From a bacterium (GTDB lineage Bacteria > Patescibacteriota > Patescibacteriia > UBA1558 > UBA10009), in contig JABHGM010000001.1 in NCBI GenBank assembly GCA_018672055.1, positions 72,884 through 136,883 of the forward strand: DNA of 64,000 nt, written 5' to 3'. How positions within the stretch are numbered: the stretch's first letter is position 1; every line of letters begins with the position of its first letter. Under the pieces are notes generated by a model that was not told where the DNA came from, made no database searches, and saw only the letters and a program-made list of their open reading frames with translations. Shown here in pieces: positions 38,019-49,289 of this stretch. The translations under genes were made by a program, and so were the position numbers.

Positions 38019-39707
38019 TTATTCAGCAACTTTAAATACTTCTTCAACCGAAGTTAATCCATCTATAGCTTTAAGTAATCCGTCTTGTACCATGGTAACC
38101 ATGCCGTTATTGATAGCGATTTCTTGAATTTCAAATTCAGATACTTTTTCAGATAAAATAACTTTCTCTATTTCAGGATTCATAGTCATTATTTCGAAGA
38201 TACCAATTCTTCCAGAATAACCTAGGTTATGACACTTAGAGCAACCCTTGCCTTTATAAAATTTTAAATTACTTAATACTTCTTCTTCTAAACGTTCAGC
38301 TGATTTAATGGGTATTTTATTTAATATATTTAAAATCTTAGTCATAGCATCATTATCAATTGGATCTTCTACTTTACAGCTCTCACATATCTTTCTCACT
38401 AAACGTTGACCAATAACAGCATTTAAAGCAGGTGAAAGTAAAAAGGGTTTAACTCCCATAGCTAAAAACCTAGGAATAGCACCTGAAGCACTATTTGTAT
38501 GAATAGTAGATATAACTAAATGACCAGTTAATGCAGCATTTAATGATACATCAGCTGTTTCTAAATCCCTTATTTCTCCAACCATTATCACATCGGGATC
38601 TTGCCTAACAATTGATTTTAAACCTTTGGCAAAGGTATAATCTTTTGAATGATCTATCTGACTCTGATTTATACCTTCTAACCTATATTCAATAGGATCT
38701 TCTAAAGAAATAATTTTAGTCTCAGGTTTATTTAATTTATTCAAAATAGCGTAAAGTGTAGTAGTCTTACCAGAACCAGTTGGACCAGTAGATATAATCA
38801 TACCATTAGGTCTTTGTATTTCATGTTTTAAATCAACAAATGACTTACCTCTTAAACCTATATCACTAAATTCTAAACCAGCTGCTGAAGATCTAAGTAA
38901 TCTCATAACAACACTCTCCCCATACGATGTAGGTACTGTAGAAACTCTAACGTCTACTTTGTCTTCAGTTAAATCTATAGTAAAACGACCATCTTGAGGC
39001 TTTTTATCTACATTTATCTTAAGACCAGCTAATAATTTAATACGAGAAATTATTTTAGGCCAATTCTCTAGCTTTATAATAGCCACTGTGTTTAATATGC
39101 CATCAATTCTAAATCTAACTTTTACATCTTTTTCTTCAGCTTCAACATGAATATCGGAAGATTTTGTTTTTAAAGCAGAAGCAATTAAAAGAGTAACTAA
39201 TTCAGAAATATTAACTGTATTAACTTTCTCTTGTAAATCATCAAAATCACCAACTTCAACTTGAAAATTATCAACATCTGATTGAGTTATTTCTACCGTA
39301 CCAACAACCTCTTTATACTTAGGTACTTTTGCATATAATTCTAAAGCAAAATTTAAGCTGTCATCAGAAATAAGATATATTTTAACATTCACATGCTTTT
39401 TTTCTTTTAACTCATCTGAAATTAACTTTACTTGAGGACTCATTGGTTCACTAGTACCAACTCTTACTTCTTTACCAGAATAGAAAAAACAAACTACGTG
39501 ATCTTGCTTAGCTGTTTCTTCAGGAATTAAAGCAATAGCACCAATAGATACAGGAAAGCCATGAAGATCAATATATGGCATGCCTAGAGATTCTGCCTTT
39601 GCTTCGATATCTTTTTCCTTGCCTTTAGCATCCAATTGACCTAGCTTATCACTTAAGTCTTGTGATGTTTTATCTGATGAAATGTTTGGTAAATTTGTAT
39701 TTTCCAT
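38019..39707 (-). CDS. GspE/PilB assembly ATPase
   Basis: SDIHVE, PQDGR, GPTGSGKTTTLY, RQDPD.IMVGEIRD and CxxC..CxxC motifs. Confidence 0.92.
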   Translation of the reverse strand: MENTNLPNISSDKTSQDLSDKLGQLDAKGKEKDIEAKAESLGMPYIDLHGFPVSIGAIALIPEETAKQDHVVCFFYSGKEVRVGTSEPMSPQVKLISDELKEKKHVNVKIYLISDDSLNFALELYAKVPKYKEVVGTVEITQSDVDNFQVEVGDFDDLQEKVNTVNISELVTLLIASALKTKSSDIHVEAEEKDVKVRFRIDGILNTVAIIKLENWPKIISRIKLLAGLKINVDKKPQDGRFTIDLTEDKVDVRVSTVPTSYGESVVMRLLRSSAAGLEFSDIGLRGKSFVDLKHEIQRPNGMIISTGPTGSGKTTTLYAILNKLNKPETKIISLEDPIEYRLEGINQSQIDHSKDYTFAKGLKSIVRQDPDVIMVGEIRDLETADVSLNAALTGHLVISTIHTNSASGAIPRFLAMGVKPFLLSPALNAVIGQRLVRKICESCKVEDPIDNDAMTKILNILNKIPIKSAERLEEEVLSNLKFYKGKGCSKCHNLGYSGRIGIFEIMTMNPEIEKVILSEKVSEFEIQEIAINNGMVTMVQDGLLKAIDGLTSVEEVFKVAE

Positions 39708-39784
39708 ATAACAATATTTTACTCAATTTTATGGATTAAAACAACCCTCTAAAAAATAAAGGGTTGTATTTTTATATAAATCAC

Positions 39785-40774
39785 TTACTGTCTAGGTTTT
39801 AATTTACTAGGTAGTACGGCTGCCCATCTTACCAGTTTACTATATGCTTTCCTGCCTTCAGTTAACCTTAAATAGAGCAAAGTCCATGAATTAACTTGAA
39901 AAGTAGCCAATAATGAACCAATGAATATAAAGAGAAGTATTATTATAATCACTGGAATCATAATAATAGTCCAGAAAATACCAGGTGAAGCAAAACTACT
40001 AGATATACCAACAAAGAAAAATGGTGAAAATATTAAGAAGAAAGCTGCTAGTACTACTAAGCTAATACAGAAATTTATGAATAAGAGGATAGCTGCCATT
40101 TCTAAACTAATTAACCAATTTGCAGAAAATAATCTCCAACCATTTTTAAAAGCGTCCCACATTTTTTGACCTTCTAAAACGACATATGCTGAAGCAAAAC
40201 GTGTTACAAATGAAACAATAATTGAAAGTGGTACAAAAATTAAAAATGTTAAGAATATAATAAATACATTTAATGATTCATTTTGTTGAGCAAAAGTAGC
40301 TAACATAATTGGCGTTAAAATTAAAACTAATATGCCATATACTATAACCTTAGCAATCAAGAAAAGTAAAAAAACAGGCTTAAAGTTTTTTCTACCTGTA
40401 GTTAATAAACCAAAGAAAGTTTTTCTTTCTTTTTTATCAGCTGAAGCGCATCCTTGAATTAAACCAGCCATTGAAGAAATAATTAACCAAATAATTAAAT
40501 ATATTATTCCTAAAATGAAAAGAACAAATAAAGCTAATAAAAAACCTCTTACTATAGTTAAATCCCAATCTTGAAAGATTGAAGTATTAAACCATTCACT
40601 TAAACTAAAAATAGTTTCTGGTTGTAAATTAACTCGTTCGATTTGACGAGATAACATTTGATATTCACCACCATTACCTAAAAAAGCCACAAAAAAACCT
40701 AATGGCCATAAATAATAATGCTTTTTAGTAATTAACCAAGCATTGGTTAATATTTTACGATATAAACTAGTCAT
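39785..40774 (-). CDS. Multi-TM hypothetical membrane protein
   Basis: Six to seven hydrophobic segments. Confidence 0.75.
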   Translation of the reverse strand: MTSLYRKILTNAWLITKKHYYLWPLGFFVAFLGNGGEYQMLSRQIERVNLQPETIFSLSEWFNTSIFQDWDLTIVRGFLLALFVLFILGIIYLIIWLIISSMAGLIQGCASADKKERKTFFGLLTTGRKNFKPVFLLFLIAKVIVYGILVLILTPIMLATFAQQNESLNVFIIFLTFLIFVPLSIIVSFVTRFASAYVVLEGQKMWDAFKNGWRLFSANWLISLEMAAILLFINFCISLVVLAAFFLIFSPFFFVGISSSFASPGIFWTIIMIPVIIIILLFIFIGSLLATFQVNSWTLLYLRLTEGRKAYSKLVRWAAVLPSKLKPRQ

Positions 40775-40834
40775 GGGGTTTCTAGCTTAATAATTAAATT
40801 ATATTTGAGCTGTCTTGTGTTATTATACTATATT

Positions 40835-42676
40835 TTACTGAGTTTTGAAAAGGGCTTCAAATTCTTCCTTTTCTAAAGTCTCCTTAACTAAGAGTTCATC
40901 AGATATCTTATCTAAATAGTTTTTATGTTTAGTAATTATTTCTTTAGCAGTCTTACTAGCTTCATGAATAAAATTAGATACTTCATTATCAATAGCTTCG
41001 GCTGTCTTTTCACTATAATCTCTTCTTTCATGTAATTCTTTGCCTAGAAAAACCATGCCTTCGCCTTCACCAAAAGTACGTGGTCCTAGCTTTTCACTCA
41101 TACCATATTGAGTTATAAGTTGCTTGGCAAGTTGAGTAGCTTTCCTAAGATCACTAGAAGCACCAGTTGTTACATCACCAAAAACTTCTTTCTCAGTAAC
41201 ATGCCCTGCTAATAAAACAGCGAGTTCATCAATAAATTCTCTTCTATTATGTAAATTCTTATCTTCCAAGGGTAACTTCATAGTATAACCAGCAGCTCTA
41301 CCACGAGATATAATAGATACTTTATGAACAGGATCAGCATCAGGTAACATATGAGCAACTAAAGCATGACCAGCTTCATGATAAGCTGTAATCTTCTTTT
41401 CTTTTTCAGATAATACATGACTCTTTCTCTCAGGTCCTAACATTACTTTTTCAATACTATTAATTAAGTCATCCATTGTAATTTTTTTACGATTTTGCTT
41501 AGCAGCTAGTATAGCTGCTTCATTTAATAAATTAGCTAAATCTGCTCCTGAAAAACCAGGAGTACGTTGAGCAATAGTTTTAAGCTTTGCATCACTATCA
41601 AATGGTTTATTCTTAGCATGAACTTCTAAGATAGCATTTCTTTCTTTAATGTCAGGTAAATCAATTACTACCTGCCTATCAAATCTACCAGGTCTTAAAA
41701 GTGCTGGATCTAAAACATCAGGTCTATTAGTAGCCGCAATAACAATTACATTTGTATCAGTTTCAAAACCATCCATCTCAGTTAAAATTTGATTTAGAGT
41801 TTGTTCACGTTCATCATGTGATCCACCGAGTCCAGAACCACGTTGTCTACCAACAGCATCAATCTCATCTACAAATACAATAGCTGGGGCTGCCTTTTTA
41901 GCTTTCTTAAATAAATCTCTAACTCTGGAAGCACCAACACCAACAAACATTTCAACGAATTCAGAACCAGAAATATGGAAATATGGAACTTTAGCTTCAC
42001 CAGCAACTGCTCTAGCCATTAAAGTCTTACCAGTACCAGGTGAACCTAAAAGTAAAACGCCTTTTGGAATCTTAGCGCCCATTGATAAAAATTTACGAGG
42101 ATTCTTTAAAAAATCAACAATTTCTGAAAGCTCTTCTTTTGCTTCATGAGATCCTGCCACATCTTTAAAGGTAGTCTTATTCTTAGTATCTTGATTAATC
42201 ATTTTAGCACTTGATTGTCCAAAAGACATAGCTCTATTATTTGCACCTTGTGCCTGACGCATCATAAACCAAATAAATAATCCAATAAATAAAAATGGTA
42301 TTAAAAATGGTAATAATGAAGTAAGCCAAACAGTGCTAGTAGAATCTTGTTTAACTTTCATTTCAATTCTACTCATTTTATTTGCTTCAACACTAAAATT
42401 ACTTAAGAGTTCAGTTAATGATTGATTAGGTTCTTTAAATATAACGAAAATACTATCATCATTTAAAGTAGTTAAAAGTTTTGAGTTTTCAATTTCAATA
42501 TTCTTAACTTCTTCATTATTAATATGCTCTACTAACTGGTTAATACCTATCTCTTGAGGCTTCTCATTAACAGCAGAATCATACATACTAAAAACACTGG
42601 CAATGAATATAAAAACCAGTAAAAATATAGCGAAATTTTTGAATAATTGATTTTGTTTCTTTTTAGATTTTTTCAT
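40835..42676 (-). CDS. ftsH: ATP-dependent Zn metalloprotease FtsH (start probably ATG 42676)
   Basis: [26 protein letters not shown] and HEAGH motifs. Confidence 0.97.
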   Translation of the reverse strand: MKKSKKKQNQLFKNFAIFLLVFIFIASVFSMYDSAVNEKPQEIGINQLVEHINNEEVKNIEIENSKLLTTLNDDSIFVIFKEPNQSLTELLSNFSVEANKMSRIEMKVKQDSTSTVWLTSLLPFLIPFLFIGLFIWFMMRQAQGANNRAMSFGQSSAKMINQDTKNKTTFKDVAGSHEAKEELSEIVDFLKNPRKFLSMGAKIPKGVLLLGSPGTGKTLMARAVAGEAKVPYFHISGSEFVEMFVGVGASRVRDLFKKAKKAAPAIVFVDEIDAVGRQRGSGLGGSHDEREQTLNQILTEMDGFETDTNVIVIAATNRPDVLDPALLRPGRFDRQVVIDLPDIKERNAILEVHAKNKPFDSDAKLKTIAQRTPGFSGADLANLLNEAAILAAKQNRKKITMDDLINSIEKVMLGPERKSHVLSEKEKKITAYHEAGHALVAHMLPDADPVHKVSIISRGRAAGYTMKLPLEDKNLHNRREFIDELAVLLAGHVTEKEVFGDVTTGASSDLRKATQLAKQLITQYGMSEKLGPRTFGEGEGMVFLGKELHERRDYSEKTAEAIDNEVSNFIHEASKTAKEIITKHKNYLDKISDELLVKETLEKEEFEALFKTQ

Positions 42677-42751
42677 ATAGTTTAATAATACACAATTTTT
42701 TAAGTAAAAGCTATTATAATACAAATTACATATTTAAGCAAGGGCTTAATA

Positions 42752-42786
42752 AAAAGAGTAGAAATATTAATATTTTCTACTCTTTT
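42752..42786 (-). terminator. Terminator after rpsA
   Basis: AAAAGAGTAGAAA...TTTCTACTCTTTT. Confidence 0.75.
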
Positions 42787-42803
42787 CAATATTTTAAATT
42801 ATA

Positions 42804-44048
42804 TTATTTCTTTGCTTTTTTTGGTTTCTCTACTTCTGGCTTTACTTCAGCTTTTTTCTTAACTTCAGCTTCTTCTTCAGACTTCTCTTCTTTTACTTTC
42901 TTCTCTTTTTTAGGAGCCACCTTTTTAACTGTACCGTGAGCTAAACCAAGTCTATGATCTTTAGGATCAAGTGAAATAATTGTAAATTCATAATCCTTAC
43001 CTTCTTCCAACATATCTTTTGGATGATTTATGTCTTTACCTAGCTCAGAGATATGAGCTAAACCATGAATATCCTTATCTAATTCTACAAAAGCACCAAA
43101 TGGATTAATCTTTAAAACCTTACCCTTAACCTTTTGATTTACTTTATATTTTTTAGCAACCTTAGCCCAAGGATCTTCTAATAACTTCTTCATAGATAAT
43201 GATACACGAGAACCTTCAACTGAAATTATTTCAGCCTTTATCTTATCACCTACTTTTACTATAGTATTTGGATCATCAATTCTTTGCCAAGCTAATTCAG
43301 AAATATGTACTAAGCCTTCTAAGCCTTGCCCGAATTCAATGAAAGCACCAAAATCAACGACAGCTGTAATTGTACCTTCTATAACATTACCAAGTTTAAA
43401 TCCTTCCATTGCACTTTGTTGTTTTTCTTCCCAAGCAGCACGTTCTGAAACAATTAATTTTTCTTCAGCTTCATTTACATCAATAATTTTTACTTTATGT
43501 GCTTGTCCAATAAATTTCTTAAGTGCTACAAGTATTTTACTTCTATCACCACCTTCAACACGTGGATAATGTTCTGTATTAAGTTGTGAAACAGGTAAAA
43601 ATCCCATTACGTTACCAACTTTAGTCATTAAACCACCTTTATTAGCATCAACAATTTTAGCATCAACAATTTCTTCATCTTTCATCAACTTTTCTAAACG
43701 TTCCCAAGCTTTTTGATGACCAGCGTATCTAAAAGAAAGTTCCAATCTACCTTTCTCGTTTTCGAGTTCTAAAACGGTAGCTGAAACTTTATCGCCTGTT
43801 TTAATTTTTGAATATTCGCCAGATTCATCATAAATCTCTTTACCGCGAATAGTACCTATTGTTAAGCCTTCGATATCGAGTAAAACTTCATTCTTAGAAA
43901 CACTAAGTATTTTACCCTCAACCAAATCACCAATAGCTGGAATAGCTTTAGCTATGCCTTGAGATAATAAATTATCCATTAGATTTTCTTTTTTGGATTT
44001 TTTACTAACCTCTTTCAATTTATCTTTTACTTCACTAATTACTGTCAT
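42804..44048 (-). CDS. rpsA: 30S ribosomal protein S1 (4 S1 domains plus Lys-rich tail)
   Basis: NKGGL, GFLPVSQL, FGAFIE..EGLVHISEL and FGAFVEL..GLAHISEL motifs. Confidence 0.92.
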   Translation of the reverse strand: MTVISEVKDKLKEVSKKSKKENLMDNLLSQGIAKAIPAIGDLVEGKILSVSKNEVLLDIEGLTIGTIRGKEIYDESGEYSKIKTGDKVSATVLELENEKGRLELSFRYAGHQKAWERLEKLMKDEEIVDAKIVDANKGGLMTKVGNVMGFLPVSQLNTEHYPRVEGGDRSKILVALKKFIGQAHKVKIIDVNEAEEKLIVSERAAWEEKQQSAMEGFKLGNVIEGTITAVVDFGAFIEFGQGLEGLVHISELAWQRIDDPNTIVKVGDKIKAEIISVEGSRVSLSMKKLLEDPWAKVAKKYKVNQKVKGKVLKINPFGAFVELDKDIHGLAHISELGKDINHPKDMLEEGKDYEFTIISLDPKDHRLGLAHGTVKKVAPKKEKKVKEEKSEEEAEVKKKAEVKPEVEKPKKAKK

Positions 44049-44236
44049 ATTAGTTAATTAAATTAACCCTATAAATAGAGTGTCTTGCTGACCTTAAAGC
44101 AAGAAATTGTTTAAAAGTCTTGAATATATTAACATATTGCCTATTTTATGTCAATTACCTATTGACATTATATTTAAAAAATTGTAGTATAGTATATATC
44201 GTTTTTTATATATAACCAACCCCTAGGAGAACCTAA

Positions 44237-44455
44237 ATGACTAAGATTAGAAAAATTGAAGAAGTACAAAACATTATAGATAATTGCTCAGATCTAATAA
44301 ATGGTGAAAGGAAAACCTTCCCTCTTGCTCGAGACATTGACACAGATTGTTTTATAAAGCTATCTGGTCTCATACACAATAAAAATAATAATCGAACTAT
44401 TGATATTTCGCTCAGTAATAATAATCTAATTATAGAATGTCCTAAACAATTCTAG
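44237..44455 (+). CDS. Small orphan protein
   Basis: SD TAGGAG, upstream TTGACA at 44162 and a downstream terminator. Confidence 0.6.
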   Translation: MTKIRKIEEVQNIIDNCSDLINGERKTFPLARDIDTDCFIKLSGLIHNKNNNRTIDISLSNNNLIIECPKQF

Positions 44456-44473
44456 TCATAAATAAAGTATTCT

Positions 44474-44502
44474 AAAAGGCAGTAAATTCACTGCCTTTTT
44501 TT
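44474..44502. terminator. Bidirectional terminator
   Basis: AAAAGGCAGT-AAATTC-ACTGCCTTTTTT. Confidence 0.8.
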
Positions 44503-44511
44503 ATTTATCTC

Positions 44512-45183
44512 TTAAACTCCGTATTCTTCTAAATACTTATCTATTTCTTTTGCTTTTTCTTTATTCAAATAAACTGTTCCATCAATTTCTCTTTCAATTA
44601 AATAATCACGTATTTCATTAATAGTAACTATAGCTTTAACTGGAAATTTTAATTTCTCTTCAATATTTAAAAATGCATCAAGACCATCTTTAGTTTTTTC
44701 TCTTCTATTAACAGCTACCACTAAACCAACGTACTTTACTTGAGCTAACTTATTAATTAACTCAACAGTTTCAAATTTAGTACCGCCATCTGTTACTACA
44801 TCATCTATCATTATTAAACGATCATTGTCTTCTAAAACATGGCCTACTAATATTTTTTTATCACCGTGATCTTTTATTTCTTTCCTATTAAACGAATAAT
44901 ACTTATCCATATCATAATCCTTATTTAAAGAAATGGTAGTAGTTACAGCTAAAGAAATGCCTTTGTAAGCAGGACCAAATACTACATCAAACTCTTCATT
45001 AAATTCATCTTTAATTAAAGAAGCAAAAAAATAGCCTAATCTATCAATAGCCATACCTGTTTCAAAAACGCCGGTATTAATAAAATATGGAGATACTCTA
45101 CCGCTTTTTAAAGTAAATTCACCAAACTGTAAAGCATTATTCTTTACTAAAAATTCAATAAACTCTTTTTTATAATCTTGCAT
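44512..45183 (-). CDS. pyrE: Orotate phosphoribosyltransferase (start ATG 45183)
   Basis: FGEFTLKSGRVSPYF, FGPAYKGI, NRKE.KDHG and IDDVVTDG motifs. Confidence 0.95.
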   Translation of the reverse strand: MQDYKKEFIEFLVKNNALQFGEFTLKSGRVSPYFINTGVFETGMAIDRLGYFFASLIKDEFNEEFDVVFGPAYKGISLAVTTTISLNKDYDMDKYYSFNRKEIKDHGDKKILVGHVLEDNDRLIMIDDVVTDGGTKFETVELINKLAQVKYVGLVVAVNRREKTKDGLDAFLNIEEKLKFPVKAIVTINEIRDYLIEREIDGTVYLNKEKAKEIDKYLEEYGV

Positions 45184-45184
45184 A

Positions 45185-45976
45185 TTATTTAAAATTAACT
45201 TTAGCTCCACTACCATCTCTATAGTATTCACCAAATTCAGATATATTATTAGCAAAGGTTGCATTAACTACAGGACCAGCTTGGCATAAACAAATTCCTA
45301 AAGGATCAACGCAACATGAACCGCAAACACCTATACCGCATTTCATATATCTTTCTAAAGAAACTTGGCATTTAGTCTTTTTCTCTATGGATAAATCAAC
45401 TATTTTTTTTAAAAGAAGTTCTGGACCACAAGCATACCAAGAATCATAATTATTACTAGATAATTCTTTAAACATGTCCCAAGCTCTTTCATGATTATTT
45501 TTTTTAAATCTATGAATAACATTAATACCTTGATCTTCTAACCATTTTTCATAAACAATGCTTTTTTTATCTTTAGCTGCTATTAAAAAATCAACTTCAA
45601 TATTATTTTCTCTAGCTCTTTGGGCAAGGTAAGTAACCGAGGCAATGCCAGAGCCTCCACCTAATATTAGAATCTTTTTTTTGTCTTCAAAATTATAGCT
45701 GGTACCATAAGGTCCTGTAAAACCAAGTTTATCACCTTTTTTTAATTTAAATAGCTCTTTAGTATAAGGGCCTACTTTTATAACCCCAATAGCAAATTCA
45801 TTTTCTTTTTGCCAAGCAACTGAAAAAGGTTTTGAATCGACACCAGGAAGCCAAACCATTAAAAATTGACCCGGCTTTGCATCTAAAGGATAATCTAAAA
45901 CAAAAGTCTTGAAATTACTAGACTCTTTTATAACTTCCTTAACAGTAACAATTGTAGGTTGTTCAATATGTTGCAT
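45185..45976 (-). CDS. pyrK: Dihydroorotate dehydrogenase electron transfer subunit
   Basis: PGQF, GPYG, GGGSG, CGP and MKCGIGVCGSC...C..GP 2Fe-2S motifs. Confidence 0.93.
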   Translation of the reverse strand: MQHIEQPTIVTVKEVIKESSNFKTFVLDYPLDAKPGQFLMVWLPGVDSKPFSVAWQKENEFAIGVIKVGPYTKELFKLKKGDKLGFTGPYGTSYNFEDKKKILILGGGSGIASVTYLAQRARENNIEVDFLIAAKDKKSIVYEKWLEDQGINVIHRFKKNNHERAWDMFKELSSNNYDSWYACGPELLLKKIVDLSIEKKTKCQVSLERYMKCGIGVCGSCCVDPLGICLCQAGPVVNATFANNISEFGEYYRDGSGAKVNFK

Positions 45977-45977
45977 A

Positions 45978-46889
45978 TTACTTATGAGTCAAACCAATTA
46001 TATCCTCTATCTTTTTAAAATCATTTTCTTTTAACCACTCTTCAGTTTCTTTCATGATCTGAGAAAATACATTAACACTTCTATCTAAAACAGCTGTGCC
46101 TACACCAATGCCAGTGGCTCCAGCCATCATCATTTCAATTAGATCACGCCCTGTTGTAACACCACCACAGCCAATAATTGGCACCTTAACTGCTTTATAT
46201 AGGTCAAAGACACATCTAACAGCAATAGGTCTAAGAGCAGGTCCAGAAACGCCGCCCATACCAAAACCTAAAACAGGTTTATAGGTATCAATATCTATTA
46301 TCATGCCAGGTCCCATAGTATTCCCCGCTACAATAGCGTCAGCACCAGCAGCTTCAGCTGCTTTGCCTACTTCAACTAAATTCTCATTCGGTGATAATTT
46401 AATCCAAATTGGCAAATCTGTTATTTCTTTTAAAGTTTTAGTTATTTTAGTAGCCATCTCTGGAGTATGTTGACCACCCATAGTGCCATAACCTGGAGTA
46501 TGAGGACATGACAAAGGAACTTCAATAGCCTTAAAATTACAATTTTTTAATTCATTATATACTGCTTTAAAATCATCTTCTTTTTGACCAATAATACTTA
46601 AAATAACCGGGGCTTCTATATCAGCTACGTTAGAAAATTCTTGAGACGCTTTAATTGAACCTTGATTAGGATAACCCACAGCATTTAACATACCTTCTTC
46701 ATAGGTAGCTATAATTGGTGAAGGATGTCCTTTACGAGGTTCTTTAGAAATTGACTTAGTAACTACAGCTCCAGCTCCATTACGAACTACATTATTTAAA
46801 GAAGCTGAACTAACGCCTAAAATACCCGATGCCAAAATGGTCGGGTTTTTTAGTTTTAAATTATTTATCTTAATCTCTAAATTTATCAT
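45978..46889 (-). CDS. pyrD: Dihydroorotate dehydrogenase, class 1B
   Basis: ASG, TKS, MLNAVG, SCPH, KLSPN, GGVSG and IIGCGGV motifs; adjacent to pyrK. Confidence 0.93.
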   Translation of the reverse strand: MINLEIKINNLKLKNPTILASGILGVSSASLNNVVRNGAGAVVTKSISKEPRKGHPSPIIATYEEGMLNAVGYPNQGSIKASQEFSNVADIEAPVILSIIGQKEDDFKAVYNELKNCNFKAIEVPLSCPHTPGYGTMGGQHTPEMATKITKTLKEITDLPIWIKLSPNENLVEVGKAAEAAGADAIVAGNTMGPGMIIDIDTYKPVLGFGMGGVSGPALRPIAVRCVFDLYKAVKVPIIGCGGVTTGRDLIEMMMAGATGIGVGTAVLDRSVNVFSQIMKETEEWLKENDFKKIEDIIGLTHK

Positions 46890-48176
46890 TTATAATGATT
46901 TATCTAATTTATATGAATTTAGCATAAGATTACCAGGTGCACCTAATGAATTAATTTCTTTCAAAGCTTTAACTGGATCACCTACTTCTAAATCATCAAG
47001 TTCTTCTTTAACTTTCTGGTAAGCCTCTCTAAATGTCATGCCTTTTTTAACTAAATTATTCGCTTCTATAGTAGCAAATAACTCAGGGGAAAGCGAATTC
47101 ATTAATACTTCTTTATTTGGTTTAATACCACTCATTACTAAGACCATAACTTCTAAACTACGTCTGGTAATACCCATGCCTTTTATTAAAGGTTCTTTAG
47201 TTAACTGGGTATCTCTATTATATCCAGAAATTAAACTCTTACAAACATCTTTAATTTGAGTCTGCAAACCAACTATTACATTAACGTTACCTCTAACAAG
47301 TTCAAATACGTCAGGATTTCTTTTTTGAGGCATTATTGATGAACCAGTGGTATATTCCCAAGGTAAATTAAAATAATTAAATTCAGGCGTAGTATACCAA
47401 ATCATTTCATTAGCCAATCTACCTAATATCATCATTATCTGAGTACAAACAGCTAAAATATAGCTTTCTGTTTTACCACGAGAATTAACAGCATAAAGTG
47501 AATTAATTTGAGTTTTCTGAAATCCCATTAACTTAGTTGTTAACTTTCTATCTAAATTAAAGTTAACGCCAAAACCAGCAGCAGCACCTAAAGGATTCTG
47601 ATCATTCAGCTCGTAAGCTGAAACAAGTAACTTATGATCATTAATTAAATCTTCTAAATAAGCAGCAGCCCAATGCCCTATGGAAGAAGGCATAGCTCGT
47701 CTTGTATGAGTATAGCCAGGTAATGGCATATATTCATATTTCTTAGCCATATCAAGAAATACTTTTTCTAGCTTAACCATTTCTGCACTAATTTGTTTTA
47801 ACTTCTTTCTTGAATAAAGACGTGTAGCAACTAGTACTTGATCGTTTCTTGATCTTCCGGTATGTATTTTTTTACCAAGAGGTCCATACTTTTTTATTAA
47901 ATAGTTTTCTATAGCTGTATGACAATCCTCATCTTCAAGCCTAATCTTAAACTTACCTTGTTTAAACAACTTCATTATTTCATTCAAACCTTGATTCAAT
48001 TTAGTAAACTCAGCAGGCTTTAAAACTTTAATTTTAACTAAAGCTTTAGCGTGAGCTCGTGATGCTTCAATATCATAAGGTAATAACCTTTTATCTAACT
48101 TATGATCATTACCTACTGTATATTTCTCTACCATTGGATGAAGAGAAGTTGATTTTGATTTCCAAATTTTTGGCAT
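46890..48176 (-). CDS. argH: Argininosuccinate lyase
   Basis: HTGRSRNDQV, PGYTH and TGSSIMPQKRNPDVFEL motifs. Confidence 0.9.
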   Translation of the reverse strand: MPKIWKSKSTSLHPMVEKYTVGNDHKLDKRLLPYDIEASRAHAKALVKIKVLKPAEFTKLNQGLNEIMKLFKQGKFKIRLEDEDCHTAIENYLIKKYGPLGKKIHTGRSRNDQVLVATRLYSRKKLKQISAEMVKLEKVFLDMAKKYEYMPLPGYTHTRRAMPSSIGHWAAAYLEDLINDHKLLVSAYELNDQNPLGAAAGFGVNFNLDRKLTTKLMGFQKTQINSLYAVNSRGKTESYILAVCTQIMMILGRLANEMIWYTTPEFNYFNLPWEYTTGSSIMPQKRNPDVFELVRGNVNVIVGLQTQIKDVCKSLISGYNRDTQLTKEPLIKGMGITRRSLEVMVLVMSGIKPNKEVLMNSLSPELFATIEANNLVKKGMTFREAYQKVKEELDDLEVGDPVKALKEINSLGAPGNLMLNSYKLDKSL

Positions 48177-48190
48177 ATTTTTTATTTAAA

Positions 48191-49159
48191 TTAATTTGAT
48201 AATATTTTTTTACCATTCGCGCAAGCTATCTTAACTAAATCTTCGTAGTTATAGTATCTACAAGCTTCTTGAAGCATTCTCATCTCAAGCCACATATCCG
48301 CATCAACAAAAGGTTGATAGAAATCATATACATTATCTACACCTAAACCTACTACTACACCAGCTTCCAACATTTCTGGAACATTTGCTATGGAATTATG
48401 AACTGGAGAAGTAAATTCATCTAACTGACGCATAGCTAAAGCCGCAGATGGACAAACAACAGCGCTCATACCAATACTAGCCATCTCTTTATATATTTTC
48501 ATTCTATAACTTTTAGGTTGAGCAGAAACTGACAAGACATGAATCCCTACTGTCTTATCTCCATAATTATGTTTCTTAGCATATTCAAGCAATACTTCTG
48601 TATCTTTTTCATTAGGATTATTTTCTTGATCAATATGGACATGTACTTTTTTACCTAAGTTCTTAGCAATGGAAAATAGATGATCATAGTTTTCCTTATC
48701 ATCAGGCCTATCTTTTGAAGGTAGACCTCCAGCTATATCTGCTTTTGCTGTAATCTCTTCATATAATTTACGTGCCTCCGAATCATTTAAACCACCCAGA
48801 GGCTGAGTAATAGTTAAAAATTCTATTTTATCCTTATACTCTTCTTTAACTACGTTGGCTGCATCAATTGCTTTATGACCAACTGCTTGATAGGCATCAA
48901 TAAAGGAAGCAGTTAATTTACAACCCTGTTCAACTAAAGTATCCAAAGCCCAACGTATTCTTTGTTCAATTTCTTCTTGAGTTGAACTTCTTTTTATATC
49001 ATCACTCATATTCCATTTAGCTTCCATGTCTACCATAGTTTTATCTAAACCTTCTTTATCTATGTAATATGCTTTATCAAAATGAGCATGACAATTTACA
49101 AAACCACCTTCTTTCTTAATTGAAGTTAGCATTTCATCTTTTAAATTCCATTTTTCCAT
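48191..49159 (-). CDS. Metal-dependent amidohydrolase, cytosine-deaminase-like
   Basis: FVNCHAHFD, HVHIDQ and GLGVDN motifs; lacks the N-terminal beta-sandwich. Confidence 0.8.
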   Translation of the reverse strand: MEKWNLKDEMLTSIKKEGGFVNCHAHFDKAYYIDKEGLDKTMVDMEAKWNMSDDIKRSSTQEEIEQRIRWALDTLVEQGCKLTASFIDAYQAVGHKAIDAANVVKEEYKDKIEFLTITQPLGGLNDSEARKLYEEITAKADIAGGLPSKDRPDDKENYDHLFSIAKNLGKKVHVHIDQENNPNEKDTEVLLEYAKKHNYGDKTVGIHVLSVSAQPKSYRMKIYKEMASIGMSAVVCPSAALAMRQLDEFTSPVHNSIANVPEMLEAGVVVGLGVDNVYDFYQPFVDADMWLEMRMLQEACRYYNYEDLVKIACANGKKILSN

Positions 49160-49177
49160 ATAATATATTTTAGTTAT

Positions 49178-49204
49178 AAAAAAATAACTCCATTACTGGA
49201 GCTA
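49178..49204 (-). terminator. Attenuator terminator in the pyr operon leader
   Basis: Minus strand TAGCTCCA-GTAA-TGGAGTTA followed by T7; overlaps the uORF stop. Confidence 0.8.
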
Positions 49205-49282
49205 AAATGAGAAAAACCTTGCCTTCTTATATTTTCTAAGGCAGAATTTGTCCATGCGAATTGTCCAAACTTTTTCTAACAT
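49202..49282 (-). CDS. Putative 26-aa leader peptide (pyrL-like)
   Basis: MLEKVWTIRMDKFCLRKYKKARFFSF*; ATG lies 7 nt after the -10 box; its stop is inside the terminator stem. Confidence 0.65.
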   Translation of the reverse strand: MLEKVWTIRMDKFCLRKYKKARFFSF

Positions 49283-49289
49283 TTTTACT

